64,000 nucleotides of DNA from Opitutales bacterium (GTDB taxonomy: Bacteria > Verrucomicrobiota > Verrucomicrobiia > Opitutales > PNEW01). Numbering within the stretch: the stretch's first letter is position 1; every line of letters begins with the position of its first letter. Location: the NCBI GenBank assembly GCA_963692525.1, contig OY829953.1:4420720-4484719 (forward strand), read 5' to 3'. The notes beneath the pieces are model-generated. The model did not search any database and was not told where the DNA came from. It worked only from the letters and a program-made list of their open reading frames with translations. Positions 63,941-64,000 of the stretch are shown one piece after another. A program made the position numbers and the translations under genes.

Positions 63941-64000
63941 GATCGCAATAAATGATATATGATGTTTGATATTCGATATACGAAGTAAGCTATGCGATAA
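63941..64000. repeat. Start of another V-type unit of the 'gatatgcgatat' family (cut by the window end)
   Basis: 'gatatatgatgtttgatattcgatatacgaagtaagctatgcgataa' matches 61628-61675. Confidence 0.7.

Noticed and set aside
1-64000. tRNA, rRNA, tmRNA, riboswitch or known sRNA genes.
   Set aside because: I found no T-loop/cloverleaf signatures, rRNA-like stretches or recognisable riboswitch cores in any spacer. The structured non-coding DNA is all accounted for by the repeat families.

Overview
This 64-kb window looks like a bacterial chromosomal region, possibly from the PVC superphylum (Planctomycetes-Verrucomicrobia-Chlamydiae), though I cannot verify that. It carries about 46 genes, and most are catabolic enzymes or transporters. 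They include hydantoinase B/A, an FAD oxidoreductase, DHDPS-family, FAH-family and amidohydrolase-2 proteins, a Rieske protein, several SDRs, PhyH and TauD dioxygenases, an enolase-superfamily enzyme, M81 and M19 peptidases, cupins and a SorA-like molybdoenzyme. There are three beta-propeller glycosidase-like paralogs and three paralogs of a secreted Ig-like protein whose C-terminal halves are nearly identical. Two tandem genes fuse a kelch domain to a Na+/solute symporter, and one gene fuses an ABC binding protein to a permease. I found no rRNA, tRNA, CRISPR array, transposase or recognisable defence genes. The unusual part is the non-coding DNA. Almost every long intergenic region is built from a small vocabulary of 8-10 nt words, repeated in tandem and arranged as nested inverted repeats. 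Compact hairpin modules recur among them and are sometimes inserted inside each other. Two of these palindromes enclose intact genes for four-helix-bundle proteins (the 23S-rRNA-intervening-sequence / Avd-like family). A third palindrome holds a decayed remnant of the same gene. The TTTTGAC-type arrays also follow a consistent orientation relative to the neighbouring gene. Two genes carry frameshifts. All product calls come from motif recognition by eye; no database search or folding computation was possible.
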